35,748 nt of DNA from Catajapyx aquilonaris. Taxonomy: Eukaryota. The notes under the pieces were generated by a model that made no database searches, was not told the DNA's origin, and worked only from the letters and a program-made list of their open reading frames with translations. The position numbers and the translations under genes were made by a program. Of this stretch, positions 1 to 13,400 are shown piece after piece. Location of the stretch: assembly GCA_000934665.2 (NCBI GenBank), contig KZ538225.1, positions 62,001-97,748 on the forward strand. Reading direction: 5' to 3'. Every line of letters begins with the position of its first letter. Within the stretch, counting starts at the first letter, position 1.

Positions 1-1279
1 CTAGAATTTATTGAGCAGGTCGCTGTCCCTCAGGTGGCAATACCGCATTGCACGAAAGCCAGCCCGTGCTATAGTAATTAGCTCACACCAACGCATTTCC
101 TCCCGGAAGCCCCGTCTTTTAACCCCCCTAGCGCCCGATAGGCTCCCGAGGAAATGAACAAGGGCCCCTAATGACCACCGACCAAACAACGAGGGATGCG
201 TTAGTTTCAAATGACCTTTTTTCTCCTGGTCCTTGATATCTAAACCACAAGCAGCATATGATGCTGGATAATCCGTCCGGAGAGACACTGGCGTCCCGGT
301 CTTCTTCAGCCTCCAGGATCGGTTACCGGCCAGGGTGCTCCAGCATACTGCAGCCCCCAGTCTTTTCATCTCATATCCACGCCGCTCATGCACGGAAGCA
401 TGTCCTCAAAGGAACCAGATTACACAAGGCCGCCAAACAGCCGATGCTATCACACCTCGCACTTTCCGCTTTCATAAAAAGAAACAGTCGACAATGCGGT
501 CCGACCTTCGGCACCCCAAAAAAAATTGCACACCCGGAGCACGTCACCACATTACCATGCCGGGGCAAGATCACGTGCGTCGTCGCAGCCTCCCGAGCGA
601 CGAATGTTTCAGCAGCCTCTTGGTTCAGGCCGCCCAAAAGCCAAAGACCGCATGCGGATGCGCAGCCAAAACCTGCCCCTTCCTTTTAGCTTCGATCGCT
701 CAGTTTTGGCCCCCGCACTTCTTTCCATCGGACCATCCGCGGAAAGGTGACGTCCCCCAGCTCCGGATCGTCCCCCAATCATCGTCACTCCCTTTGTCTT
801 CCTACCCGATGGCCGCCTAAATCACGAAAAATGGGCCCCAGAATCGTCCATCACGTTTCGTTAATCCGGCTCCTGGCAGCCTCCTTTCAACCGGAGAGAG
901 ACCCGGGCAATAAAATTACCCAATCTCTTCCGTCTGGAGCCGGCAATAGATCACCCAAAGTTTGGACTCCCCTGGCCAGTCAAGCAGCAAGTGAAATCTT
1001 CGGGACTCTCAGACTGCAACCCACAATCAGTAGAATCCCATGTTCCAAGGAGGCCGAATTCTGCAGGGTGGTCGCGTGCGGGGGTGTCATTATAGCTGCA
1101 CGGCAATCACAAAAATTTCGTAAGTTATCGTCATTATGACTCCCTCGCTGGAGCCAAATGTTACGTCCTTGTCTCACAATAAGCAGCCTTTTAGGTCCAC
1201 TGGGCAAAGAGCCAACATGGTACAAAAAGAAACGCCAGGTTAGGGAGGGCCCCATGATTACACCCGATCGATTCCGCCC

Positions 1280-1491
1280 TTAACTCCGCTCCCAAGATGA
1301 TGCGGCAGAGTAATATCCAATACACACCCCTTTGGGGATACCCACAAAATCCTTTCCACCCATTGCCACCTGTGTTTCACGACCTGCTCGCCTCCCAGAT
1401 ATGCCTTTCCAGGACCAATATTTTCCTTTGCCCTTCCAGGGTAAACATTGTGCCTCTTTCCCCAGCCAACATGCAGTTTGTGGCGCAATGC
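1280..1491 (-). CDS. Probable terminal coding exon of minus-strand gene (approximate ends)
   Basis: Follows a ~59-nt intron from the GTAAGT donor at 1550; raw segments VVKHRWQWVERI and TLPHHL; acceptor corrupted; stop at 1282-1280 or 1260-1258 depending on indel correction. Confidence 0.45.
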
Positions 1492-4400
1492 CAGGTTGAC
1501 AATGACGTTAGCGCAGAACCGGCAGTTTCTCACTTCAGCCGACCACTTACACGGGGATGACCACAGTCGTCAGTCCCAGGAGTCGAACCCACGAGGGAAG
1601 CGTCATGTCCTCCTGTTCCTGGTCCAAAGACGCAGGCTGTAATGCAAAAGAGGTCCGTTGCACATACCCCCCAACCAGACCATTTCCGCAAACCCCCCGG
1701 AATCCGGATTATCGCTCAATCCCCGCATCCCACAAACCCCGCTGGCAAGCCCCCCCCAGCTTCCTCTAGCGTCTAGCCAAATAATCTGGGCGGGTGAGCC
1801 GTGCAAAATGTCAGCAGACTGGCGAATTAAGCGCCTGCAAAACCAGAGTTTAGCCAGAGGGGGGGCGAGGGAGATTGCTCCATTGAATTATTCATGGACG
1901 GGAGGCCATGAGGAAGAAATAGAAGGGCTCGCAACTTAAGAGCTATATACTTCCTACTCGTAAATCGAACTAATGCCATAATTATTGTGCTCAGGCGGAA
2001 CAGCCACATAAAAAAGTCCGGCAGCCCGATGTGGTCTCTTTGTGGAACATTCCCCAACTAAAGTCCAGTCGTGTGAGTCAAACATGTTCTCTGATCTGGC
2101 AAGAAGCGAAACAATCAGGGGGGCTGAACACAGGCCAAATTACTCCACAGGTTCTGCGCCTTCCAGTGCAATCCTTTCCGTTAAACAGGCTCGGAATGTA
2201 ATTTCATGCTCGCACTAAAACCCTCGCAATTCGGACGGTTAAATTTCACGCGGCACTTCATCACCTAAATCGCAATCGTTTAACTGTTGTGACACAGACG
2301 CGGAGGTTCCGACCGCTAAAGGCACGGTGGGTTGCACGGCAACCCGCTATTGCCTTACAAAATTATTCGCGGCACATACCGGATAGATATAATCAAGCGG
2401 ATATAAAATCGTCAAGTACTCAGAATCCATTCAGATCTCATAAAACGGAGCCTCAAAACCTCATTTGTGGAAGTCCTGTAATACCTCTTCATCCTTCCTT
2501 TGGAATATGATTAGTTCCGGACCCTCATGCAAGTCAATTCAAAAGCTTCGCCCCAACCCCACGACCCTTCCCTCCCATCGCATATAATCATACCATTGTC
2601 AATCATGTCCTCTGTCGCGATGACCTATCTCTAGCCATCGATCAGTGTCTCAGCCTCCCACCATGCAGATGAGCTTTCTGCCATACTCGACATTCATTTT
2701 TCCTCCACCTTTCTGAGGGTCATTTTTTTCTTTGTGAAGGAGCCTGGCACGCCAAGGAACCGAAAAAGCCGCATGTCATCTGCATAATTCTACGTATACC
2801 CCAACCAATTTAAGTCTCCTTTCGTGGGTTCCCACTAATAATTCCACCGATAGCTCAAATCCCATCATTTTCGCTGAAATGCTCCAGACATTAATATCTC
2901 GAATGCTAAAACAGTGAAGTAATCATCAAATAATAGAGTGGCTCCAATCTATCGTGATCCTACTTTTCCTATGAGAAAGGTACCTCTTGGTACCTTGTAA
3001 ATTCAAAAAATCTGCAGTATTTTCTCCCATGCCCGGAGTGGAAAAACAAGGCCTTACCTCCGTGCAATAATTTCTGCGCGAAGTCCCGACTAGTCTCCCA
3101 ATTGTCATTAAATTGACATGAAATTATCTTCTACAATGGGGCCATTGATTCAAATGTTATGCATGAAAGGTTTGCTGTAATCGTCGCAAATTCAAGCTTT
3201 TAGCGCCAATCCAGGACGGGCTTGATTGAAATAACAATCCAATGTTCCGCAATTAAATCCATCACTGTTCGCCACATTACCGGGCTTACACGAACCTGTA
3301 ACGAGTTCACATTTTCACACCAGAAGGGTGGAAAAAAACGACTCGAATCGAAATCAGTAATTATACTTTCTGACACTATCTCGCCCAGCACGAGCTCTGG
3401 GCTACACCAACGATAATGAGCTCATTACTCCCGCAATTCTGGGACGGCACGAGTCTGAATTGCCAAGGCAGTTTGAATCCTCTCATTTATTAAACCCTCC
3501 CATCAACCTCACCCTGACGTACCGATGTCCGTATAACGAAATGGGTCTACATTATTTTGAATTTAGCAGATTACTTGATGTACGGAAAAAGTCCGACTCA
3601 CAGTCAGTACAATTTATTTATTATCAGGCCACCCAGTGTACCGGATACCCCTCTCCAGGCGTAAAATATCTGAGAAACACCCACCATAACAATGCGGGGA
3701 TTCCTGAAAGGCAAACGAATGTGACTATCGAAATGATCGTTTTCCGCCTCGGCACAAGCTTCTTCCCTCGTCCGTTCATCCGGCTCACAAAACCCTCCCC
3801 ACGGGATATTATCTCCCTAATCTTATTACTCCTGCGGGATGAAGCTTTGGGGGCTTCTACACCACCGATTATCACCGACTCTCGCCTCCGGGCCCGTAAT
3901 TTCGCTTTTGACATCCAACCCCCGGGGCGTGCCCAATGTTGATGCCTACATAACAAATGGCACATGTATATAGTTACACCAAACTGGACTAAGTTTGCAA
4001 ACTCGCCACGTCCTCCTCTACATTTATAACTTGACAAAAATCCTGACTAGACAAATCCTTTTCCTGCAAGCCTTCTATAGGGGGGTGGTGGAAATGTCAT
4101 CTAGCCATGTTGTCTGAAGCTGACATCTCCCAAACTGTTGGAGGTCTCGTCAGATTACATGCGCCTCTTTTTCTCGCGGAATTTCGAATTCTGCTCGCGT
4201 CAAGTCTGACATCGCGCTCCGTGTTTTCCCAAGCTTTCAGCGGCTATAACGTGTCTCTTTCAATGTGGTCGGAGTGCCCTGCATTTCCTTCCTGCGTCAC
4301 GCAAGTCACTGCCATTTTCTTCCATATTTTCATGTGCGTAAACGGAAGGATGAGTGATAAGAAGCAACCTTGCCTGCCTTGATAACGAAGCGAAAGTTTC

Positions 4401-7400
4401 CTCTCGCTTCAAAACAAACGGCCCCGGAAAAGGCCCAACAAACGCAAATGTTGCTTCCAGGCTGGCTTCCACTTCATCAAAAGTTCCCTGGCTCCATACC
4501 TCACCCCGAAACGGGGTAGCCTATTTATGTAATGCATTTCTTGATCAATATACCCCCCTATATAGAGCAGAGGCCTGTCTTTGTAGCCTTTAAATCCGGC
4601 AGAAATTGGCTGCTGCAACTTCTCAAGTATGTGCCGCAAAAACACGCAACGCTTGAAAAGCAGGATTCTCTCCCGGCCTCCGAAGCCCATACATGGAACT
4701 AGACTGACAACGTCCGGATCCCTTTTTTGGGAACCCGGCATGCACATCCAAGGCCACTGCGGAGGTGCTACCCGTAACCACAGGGAGTCCCGCATCTTAA
4801 AGGTAATCGTGACGTCACTGTCGGCTAGGTATGGGACAAAAAATTGTGTCTTTTGTCCTGATGGACATATGAAGTCAAGCTGCGCGCCGTTCCCTTTCCC
4901 GTCCCGCATTCAAATCGCCCGGGGGTTCCCACAAGCCTACTGTCGCGTCAAAGCCCTTTTTTAAGCTGAACCATGACGTGGACTGTACCGTGTAATATAG
5001 CAGCGGGTATTTTCCGCGCTGATTGCTTCCAGTCAAGCCGTTCGACCAAATTATGCCCGGATGACGTCGGGCCGCCCCGGCGGCAACCCTTCCCCAACAG
5101 TTGCATTAGTGCGCTGGAGTTTTCGCGATTTCGTTATAGAGGCAATTGAGTTGCGAAAAGCGTCGGAATTGGGAGGACCTGACCTGGAATTGCCTCCCTC
5201 AGGCTTATTCTCACGATTCCAAGGAAGACTCGGAAATGGAAGCAAGCCAAGTGCCGATGGAATCATTTCCGTTCTTCCCGAGAAAAAATAAATGTGTGCC
5301 TTCCCCGGTCTTCTGCGACGGACGTCCAAGAGTTGGGCAATCAGAACTGCCAAACTCACTAACTGGCGTCAACCATTAATTTGCACTTTCAAACTAACAC
5401 TCTCCAGCCATTATGATGATCTCTTAAAAGCGCGAGTGTTGTGTCACCATCCTGATTGCACATGCAAGGTTACCACAGCAATTGAGGTGACCGTCCCAAC
5501 CTTCGGGAATCAAAAAGCGCTCTCTCCCGACCGAAATGACCACCTTGGAATGCCGCAGCTGCCCTGCTATTGGGCACTGACCTCCTGCTCGGAGCAAAGA
5601 CCCCGATTCATATACTTGCTTAATGCTACATGTCACGAGGCCGACCCACTTCACGCCCACACTCGGGGAGGAGATTCCAGCCGCCATTTACAATTAGTCC
5701 ACAAAAGCCTGACGATCAAGCCCGCATGACGTGTCCTATATGCCTCTTCGTATGAGTCACACCAAACACCTGAGTCATAAAGAGTCCAATTTTTTTTGTG
5801 TGTAGTTGTTGTTGCCGGACCAGGCAGATTGACCCGTCTCCACCTGCCTGGGGTATCGTTCCACTCAATTTGCTTCGAAGAAGACGCTAACAATCACGCA
5901 CGGCTATAGCTGCATCCCAAGGTTACATCCGGACTTTAACCCTTCCCAGAACAGTCACTCACCCGATACATATTGAAATTCCGCACCTGCCACACCGGCA
6001 ATACTCACAATTCCGCCTGCATTTATCTCCGATCCTCTGGCACTGCTCTGTTATCTGTCGAGACTTACCACGGAATGAAACAAAGCAATCGTGGTCACCA
6101 GTGCACACTGGAAGGTGACAGCAAACTTCGCACGACTTGGCAAAGCTCGGACGTCACATGCTTCCTTGATTCCAATGCAATATCCGCATATGCCACACAC
6201 TCATTGATCAGCTAACGGCTGAGAAACATAACCTTCATGCTCTTTAATTTGTCCGGCACTCTCTCCCAACGCAAGTCTCGGCCCTGGCTTTATGACTACA
6301 CCGGTTGGGGATTATTTTTCGCCAAATATGGCACAATATTGAAGTGGCTACACTTGGACCGCTTCCAGGTAGACAAAGCATACAATGAATATTGTGCGCG
6401 ACGTTCGTCGAGACCTCGTATGCATCGCAGGCCACATAAGTCGCCTAGTAACAAGTGTCGCATGCATGTGCATGAATAACTAATCACTTTTAGTGCTCGT
6501 AATCTGAATACGCCCTGACGCAGAACAATCCCGGTCGGTCCCTATAATAAACTGCGGATTTCAGGAGAGTTGACCAGCTTCAGCTGCAAAGGAATTCCCA
6601 CCATTTTCGCTGTGCCAAGTCCCCAACTAGTTCAATGGGTCGCATGTCATCAGTGCAGGGAGCACTCCCCAACCAGACCGAGGATCTCCCGAGATCCACA
6701 CCATCCAACAAGCCGTAAAGATAAGTGGTACTCGTCTGGGGGCAATGTGGCGGAAAATCTCGTTTCTGGACCACGTCCCTTGACATTCCCTGTTAATCGC
6801 TGCAGCGGACTGCTTGTTTACCACTTTTTCCACCCGGCAAAATGCGCATTCACTGCCAAGTTACTCAACTGCCTTTAAAAAAAAACCGACCGCGTCCTAA
6901 TAAAAGCCTGACAAGAAAAGATGAGACCTTTCTTCCGGTCAAATATTAGCTGACCATTCTCCAAGAATGAACGACTGCCTCTTCAACTTACGGTCAAGGT
7001 CGCATGCAAACTGTCGTGAGACTCCTCCGCTAATGGAATCTGATATTGACTCTTCCTTGGCAGGGCACGTTTGTTGAAGATACCGATGACAAACCTGGCG
7101 CGACATGCACTGCTGCGCACCTCCCCCAAAAAAGTCGCTTCCTGAACTTCCCAATTTCACGGCCGCCCTGTGCCCCCTAAACTTCGAGGTGAGAACACCA
7201 GCGCACGCCCCGTTGAATTGCATGTTCCTATAAGCAAGGTGCCATACCATGGAAAGCAATTACCATCCTCAACTTGTTTACTATCAGTAGTCAAGGTCCT
7301 TCTTTCCACTGCAAAAGTTGACCTTCAAGACCACGGTCCAAAACGAGATCCGCGGGGAAGAAAGCAGGAAATTGCTTTGTCTTTTATTGAAAAATACACC

Positions 7401-10400
7401 GACGTTTTCCACCGATTCTTTGTATTTCTGTCCGCTCCTGCCATTATTTTTTGCGCTCCAACAGCTATGGAGGTTGCTTTGAAAAACAATGAGAAACCCA
7501 TCCGAGAGGTCTTTACTGCAATTTGGGCCACTTTTACTATTCATTAAGCTAACGGAACCCCTCTTAAAAATTACGTATACACTCTCACTGCAGCTCTATT
7601 GCACACACAAACTCGTTTTCATCTCAAGTAGCATTTAGATGGGTTTATTGCGGAAACAGCCTATAGGGTTGCCATGGCCGACCTTCAACCCCTACGCATT
7701 AAGACACGTGCAGACCCGTTACAGGCCAGAAGGCTCGCTTTGTCCCGAGCTCGCTAATAACCGGCCATAGACAGGGTCATCGCTAAGTCAGCCCCTCCCA
7801 CGTTTCCGCAAATATTTTTTGGGGGGTGGTTCAGATCACTCCAACCTGAACCACCTCCCAAAAATTCAGTTGCGTTGTCCTGATGCAATATTCCCACCAT
7901 GACCCGCGCTATCTCCGCCCACCTTTTCCCACCTCGTATCAATCAGGCCACCTACCCTTGACCCCCAGATCAGCCGTCCTTCCTCCGCCCCGTACCACCC
8001 CAACACTCTGCCCTGGAACAAAGGAGGTTGGCTGCCCTCCTGATTAGTCACAACCGACAGAGGGTTTCCCGCGAAGAGTTGGTACACAAGCAACGGCGAC
8101 TCCACCCTCTGGTGCAGATAACGCGTGAGAGAGAAGACTTTGGTCTGCGTCCTTGCCAATTTCCTTCAATGCCATTCGGAGGCGGCACTATTACCACTTC
8201 CTCAGCATCCAATTTGGAGCCCCTGGGGCAAAACGACATGATGGCTTTTCCGCCAAATCAAATCCGCAACAAGAATCCTGGGCGGTGGCAATTCCGGCCG
8301 CATGTAAAATTCATGTTTGATTCCGCGTGATCGTGTATCGACTGGTCGGAATGGCTTTCGTGACATAGAGGATGGCCCCTACCACCTTCTTAGCGTGCAC
8401 ACATCATCCCCCTCGAGAGCCCTGCAGCTACGCAGATCAACACAGGTTCGACGCCCTTTCTTTTCCAGCTCCACAGAGCATCCCTGCCATCGGGTGTTCA
8501 GGAAACGTCTTTCGCGATGTTACAGGTTGAAAATCCAGCACTGGAAGGCGTCTACCCCTCCTATCTGACCTATGACCACTTTTGTTCCCAACTCCCACTA
8601 TTCTCGTGAGTGAAAGCCCGTGTTGCACCACTGGCTGCTGTACACGCCTTCGCTGGCATCGAAGGGGTCACCTGACGTGACACCGTCTCCGGCAAAGGAG
8701 CCACCACCATCTCCCGCTCTGCGTGTAGCACCACCACCACAAGACACGGGCTCCTTCCTCCGAGGGCCACTGGCACCACACTGGAGGGCACCTGAAGCGG
8801 TTGGCTGGCTGCTATGGTGGGGCTTGCGGGGCGTGGGCACTCACTCGCTCGCCTCAGCCGGCATTGGCTCGCGGATCACATATACGGCCAGGGTCACTCT
8901 CACCCAACTACCTACTTGTTGCACATGCATTGCTTCTTGGTGACCCATTCGCGTCGGGTCGCAGGAACAGCTTATATGTGGCGACTACCCTACTTTCTAG
9001 ACACTGCCTAAATAAGCAGCTGTCGTCATATGCTGCCAGCCCGTGTTGTCTCCGCTTTAATTCCTTATCACAGCCGATTACTGAAAGGATTGCTTGCAAT
9101 CAAAACAATCCAGCGTATGGGCCAACAAGTGATACGAGGACAAAAGGTCAATTGGGTAAACTCGGGGGTTCAGAACGTGATCTGAATATGAAGCATAACG
9201 TGTTAAGATATCATCGAATGAGGGCTGTTAAAATATCACATTGTGTACGCCTAAATTCACGGGAAAGGTTTGCAAATTTCAACTCTCCCATTTATTTGTA
9301 TACAAGTTACCAGACTGTAATAATGTGGGCGCCTTTCCACTGCAGATCTCTGCACAAAGCCTTTTCAAACAATTACTACAGCCATCCCCGCCCCCTACTC
9401 CTTTTTTATTTCTATTTGAGCCACAACTGCGCTTCTTGTCATAGCGCCAGCTGCGCAATACTAAAGGGCATTGGGGCAAAAATCATGGTGACAAATGGTA
9501 CTTTTTCCACGGCAGACCTTTCGTGACGCATGACGAGTGAAAGGAGACAGATACGGCGCTAGTGCACCATTCGTGTTCTTTTCTTTTCACGAAGCTTCTT
9601 TTAGGCAGTTCGCCTGGGAATCCACCTCATACGTAGAGCCCTTTTCGGCCAAATCGATTGCCGCGATTAGCCCGGAGGATCTGCGGCATATCTGGAATCC
9701 TCCGAAACACTTGAAGACGGAAATTGCTGCCGAGGTTCCCACAAAGTCCACAATCAAACTGCAATATTTCTTCAAACTTAATCACGCTGAGTTACCAGTC
9801 TAATCCATCAAAACACCCACATATCCCTACAGTATGCCACACTACCAATATGAAACTTTGCCTTATTGTTTCCGTAACAGATCAATTTCGTAAACCAACA
9901 ACGATCGGAATACTGCAGATGAAATATGTGGCTCTTGTATATGGGCAGGCCCCAGGTCGAGGTCACCTGGTAGGAGAACGAGCCAGACATCGACACCCTA
10001 TTTTGAAAAGAAGTTACCTAACCCGTAGCCCAAACTTGTCCACCTCCGCAAGGAGATGCATAAGGAGGGGGTGGTCGAGTGTGAGCACCCATCTCTTCAC
10101 GTAACAATCCATTGGGAAAGTGGGAAAGAAAGGAAAAGGAGACGCCAACCTCCACCCAGATGTACGATATACAGGGTCACATTCTCACACAATTCCCCAC
10201 ACCCATGCATATATTGTGTTAGCCTGCTGGCGTGTCAGAAGGAACTGTACAGGACCGGTGCTACATGGTTTGACCACCCTGACCTTATCTCCGGAAATCA
10301 GACAAATTAAAGCAAAAATGACCTCTTGCACGAAGTTCAATGACTTTCTAATAGCAAGTTGCTCAAAGAGTGTTGTACAAAATTATTTGGCGCCACTCTG

Positions 10401-13400
10401 GTTATATCCTTAAAATAAACCTTGGCGTACATTTTGACATTCTTAATTATTATGGACGGCAGCGGGGTACCCAATGTCATCATTATTGTCGTACCCAGTT
10501 ACTAGTAATTACGCCGAACATGCATGCCTGCCTGCCTTGGATTTGTGGAGATTTGCATCAAATTAGGCAAGGAATGAGCGACGTTAACTAAATCCCAGTC
10601 GTATCAGGGTGTGGCAGGTGGGCCTAAATACCACCCATGTACCAAAATGGCACGCACAGATATAATTATAAAAGGCAACCGCGCATCTGGTTCCTCAAAC
10701 CACCCAAAAAAAAGCGATCGTGAGAAATCCCCCACGTGGCCAATTAAGGTTAGCCGACCTTGGTGAGCCTCCGACACGGCAAAGCACTCCGGCGAGAACT
10801 AAGACCGGCAGTCATGTAACGTGGTAATGGCCAGCCGAAGCTACTGACCGCTGAAAACCCTGAGGTTTGACACAAGGCCTGCAGATGTCCTACAGATAAC
10901 CATCATGATAAAAATCGGCTCAGATTGCTTCATAAATCCTGATCCAACCCTACAATTTCGTCGGAAACCTCCGGATGGTGACTTTGGTCTCTCCTAAAGG
11001 TCCTTTTGAGGTATATGAACATTGTGTGGGCGATGTTGCCATGATTAGATGTCCGGCATCCCGTTGTCGTCTCCGTTTCCCGAACAATACCCTCTGCGAA
11101 ATGAAACTAAAGGTCGGCACAGTATACCCTACTAGACAATAAAATACCTGGACTGCCTCACGAAAAGAGGAACCAGAAACGTTGAAGCGTGGGTGTCTTC
11201 GCAGTGAAAAATAGGATGGTTGTGGAGGGGGGTTCGTCGACCCCTAAGATGGATTCTCTTTACTGAAGATGCTATAAAATAGCCCTCCCCTCGACCCGCA
11301 GCCTACCACCCACACTGAGCAGTTCCCCGCTATTTCCTCCTTATAGCTAGTAATTACAGAATGCTGTGGGTGGCAATAATGAAGGTCAAGATACGCCGCA
11401 AAAAAAAATCATATGGACATAAGTCTTCCCCGTTTGTAATAATATGGTACAAGTTCGTAACGGAAACTGTCAAGTCCTGTATATGTATGAAGCTGTTAGC
11501 AAAGTACATGGTGGAACAAAAGTTACCTGGGACAGTACCCATAATAATGTCGCAGGCCATCTAATGTCGCAGATATAGGCGGTACATACCCATTTAATGT
11601 TCTTTTCCGCCGATTACTTTTGCTCCACCCGGTAATGCTTCCGTAAACGTCAACAATAATTTGTCACACATGATGTCATAACATGGGTGGTGCTGGCTTT
11701 CATAACCTGGAGACGCTTGGGGGAGGCCCTTTAAGATGCTAATACAGAGGTATAAACTAATGGGAGTGCCGTCTTCATTACAAATTTACTACTGGCATTG
11801 TCATTGAGACAGACGCTAAATAGTAGGCAGCAAGCATAACCTTGAGGCTCGGGTTAATTTTATTAGCACTAGATTACTTAAATATATACGTTATGAAAGT
11901 TCTAATTATCATCAACGTCCTCATACGTAGAAATATTATGAATATTCGAGAACATTGCTGGCAGAAAATATCCTGCTGGTTAGATAAACCGGCCGCCTGG
12001 GGTGGCACGACGATTTCACTAAAACTTAACTGCCCCTTCATGTGCTAATGACGCCTCCATGCAAAAATTGCAAACAATTTGACTTATAACAATGCAGGAG
12101 CTATTGACAATTCCATATCTAGAACACGTTCCAGCGACAATCTTACTTTCCTAGCAAAAAAGTCTGAAACTCAACGGCAGCCTGCAGCAAAACCGCTCGA
12201 CTCACTGTCGACATGACAAACCGCTGTCCTCCTTCGCATCGTGTCAGAAAACGACTCCGGTAAAGTAGTTTTGGACATGGGGAAGGCGGTGAGAACCCAC
12301 CACATTTTCTCAAAACTTGCAACAGAGCCCATTCTATTTCAAGGCAGGTGAGTTTATCGAACACAACAACAACAACAAAAAAACACTGCTGGTGCCCATA
12401 TTAATGACCAAAAATTTAGATTCGTCCTCTAAAAATTAATTAAGCGCGCATTTCGCTTGTGTAATACAACCTCGTTTAATTACAGCAAGCTTCCATTTCT
12501 ATCTGAATCGCTCTCCCATGTAAGGCCAGACACAACCTGCCAATATAACTTCACATAACCACCGCCCACGACCGTCAAACCGCGATCGCGTTGCATTACC
12601 CGCTCCCTGCCCAAGATTTTGACAGTAAACCCCACGCTCTGCAAACTACTCCCCCGAATTGCTCATCCCATTACAATCCCAATTAGGTTCAAGTTGCATG
12701 GAAGCCTTTTGATGCTGATCGATCCCAAGCTTCCAGTCAGGAGCCCTCTGTTCTTTGGAGACATTTTTTTGAGCCGCCATGGTCACTGCAGTCGCAGCTT
12801 CCGAATACTGGTTCCAAGGATGCTGGCCAAAAACAACGGCCAACGCCTATATAACAAGGGCCAATCCCTTTTCAAGTATTTACACAATAACACCATGGAC
12901 ATCATTTTTACGCCCCCAACAATGTGTCTCTTGGCATCTAGCCAGGTACCTACCCCTAATGAGCATCCTCGATCAATACAAATTTCACTCGCGATATGCC
13001 ACGCAGATTAACCATGTCATCATCAGCCCTTAATTATTTCCCCACCCACCCTTTTTTTTTCCGGGGCATATCACGAGCCGCGAACCAGTTCTGTCCTATC
13101 AAATACCGGATACAGCGGATCGCTCGGTTTCATCTCGGGGCGTGTGCGATTGCATGCGGGGCAACAGCTATTGTGCCGAGCTTGCCTTAATCAAGCGTCT
13201 GTCAAGGTGATGAATAGTGTTTATAACCCGCACAATTGATGGCTGGGCAGAAGATGCGCCATTTTAGCCCCATGTCGTCCTGTTGTCGCAGGAACACTTC
13301 AAGTGACAGGTAAACACCAGGAAGAGGAAGGCCAATCAGGAGTCGGACCAGTTCGGGTTGCAGGGCATCAGATCTGACCCTTGGCCCGTTCCGCACCCTG

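Noticed and set aside
3058..3174. Tentative resemblance of FAQKLLHG to F-box protein FBXO38
   Set aside because: Only a few residues from memory; no other exon fits, so no symbol assigned.
10601..11635. Possible degraded mariner-type ends (TATCAGGGTG ... CACCCGGTA)
   Set aside because: Match too short and in noisy sequence; no verifiable TIR pair.
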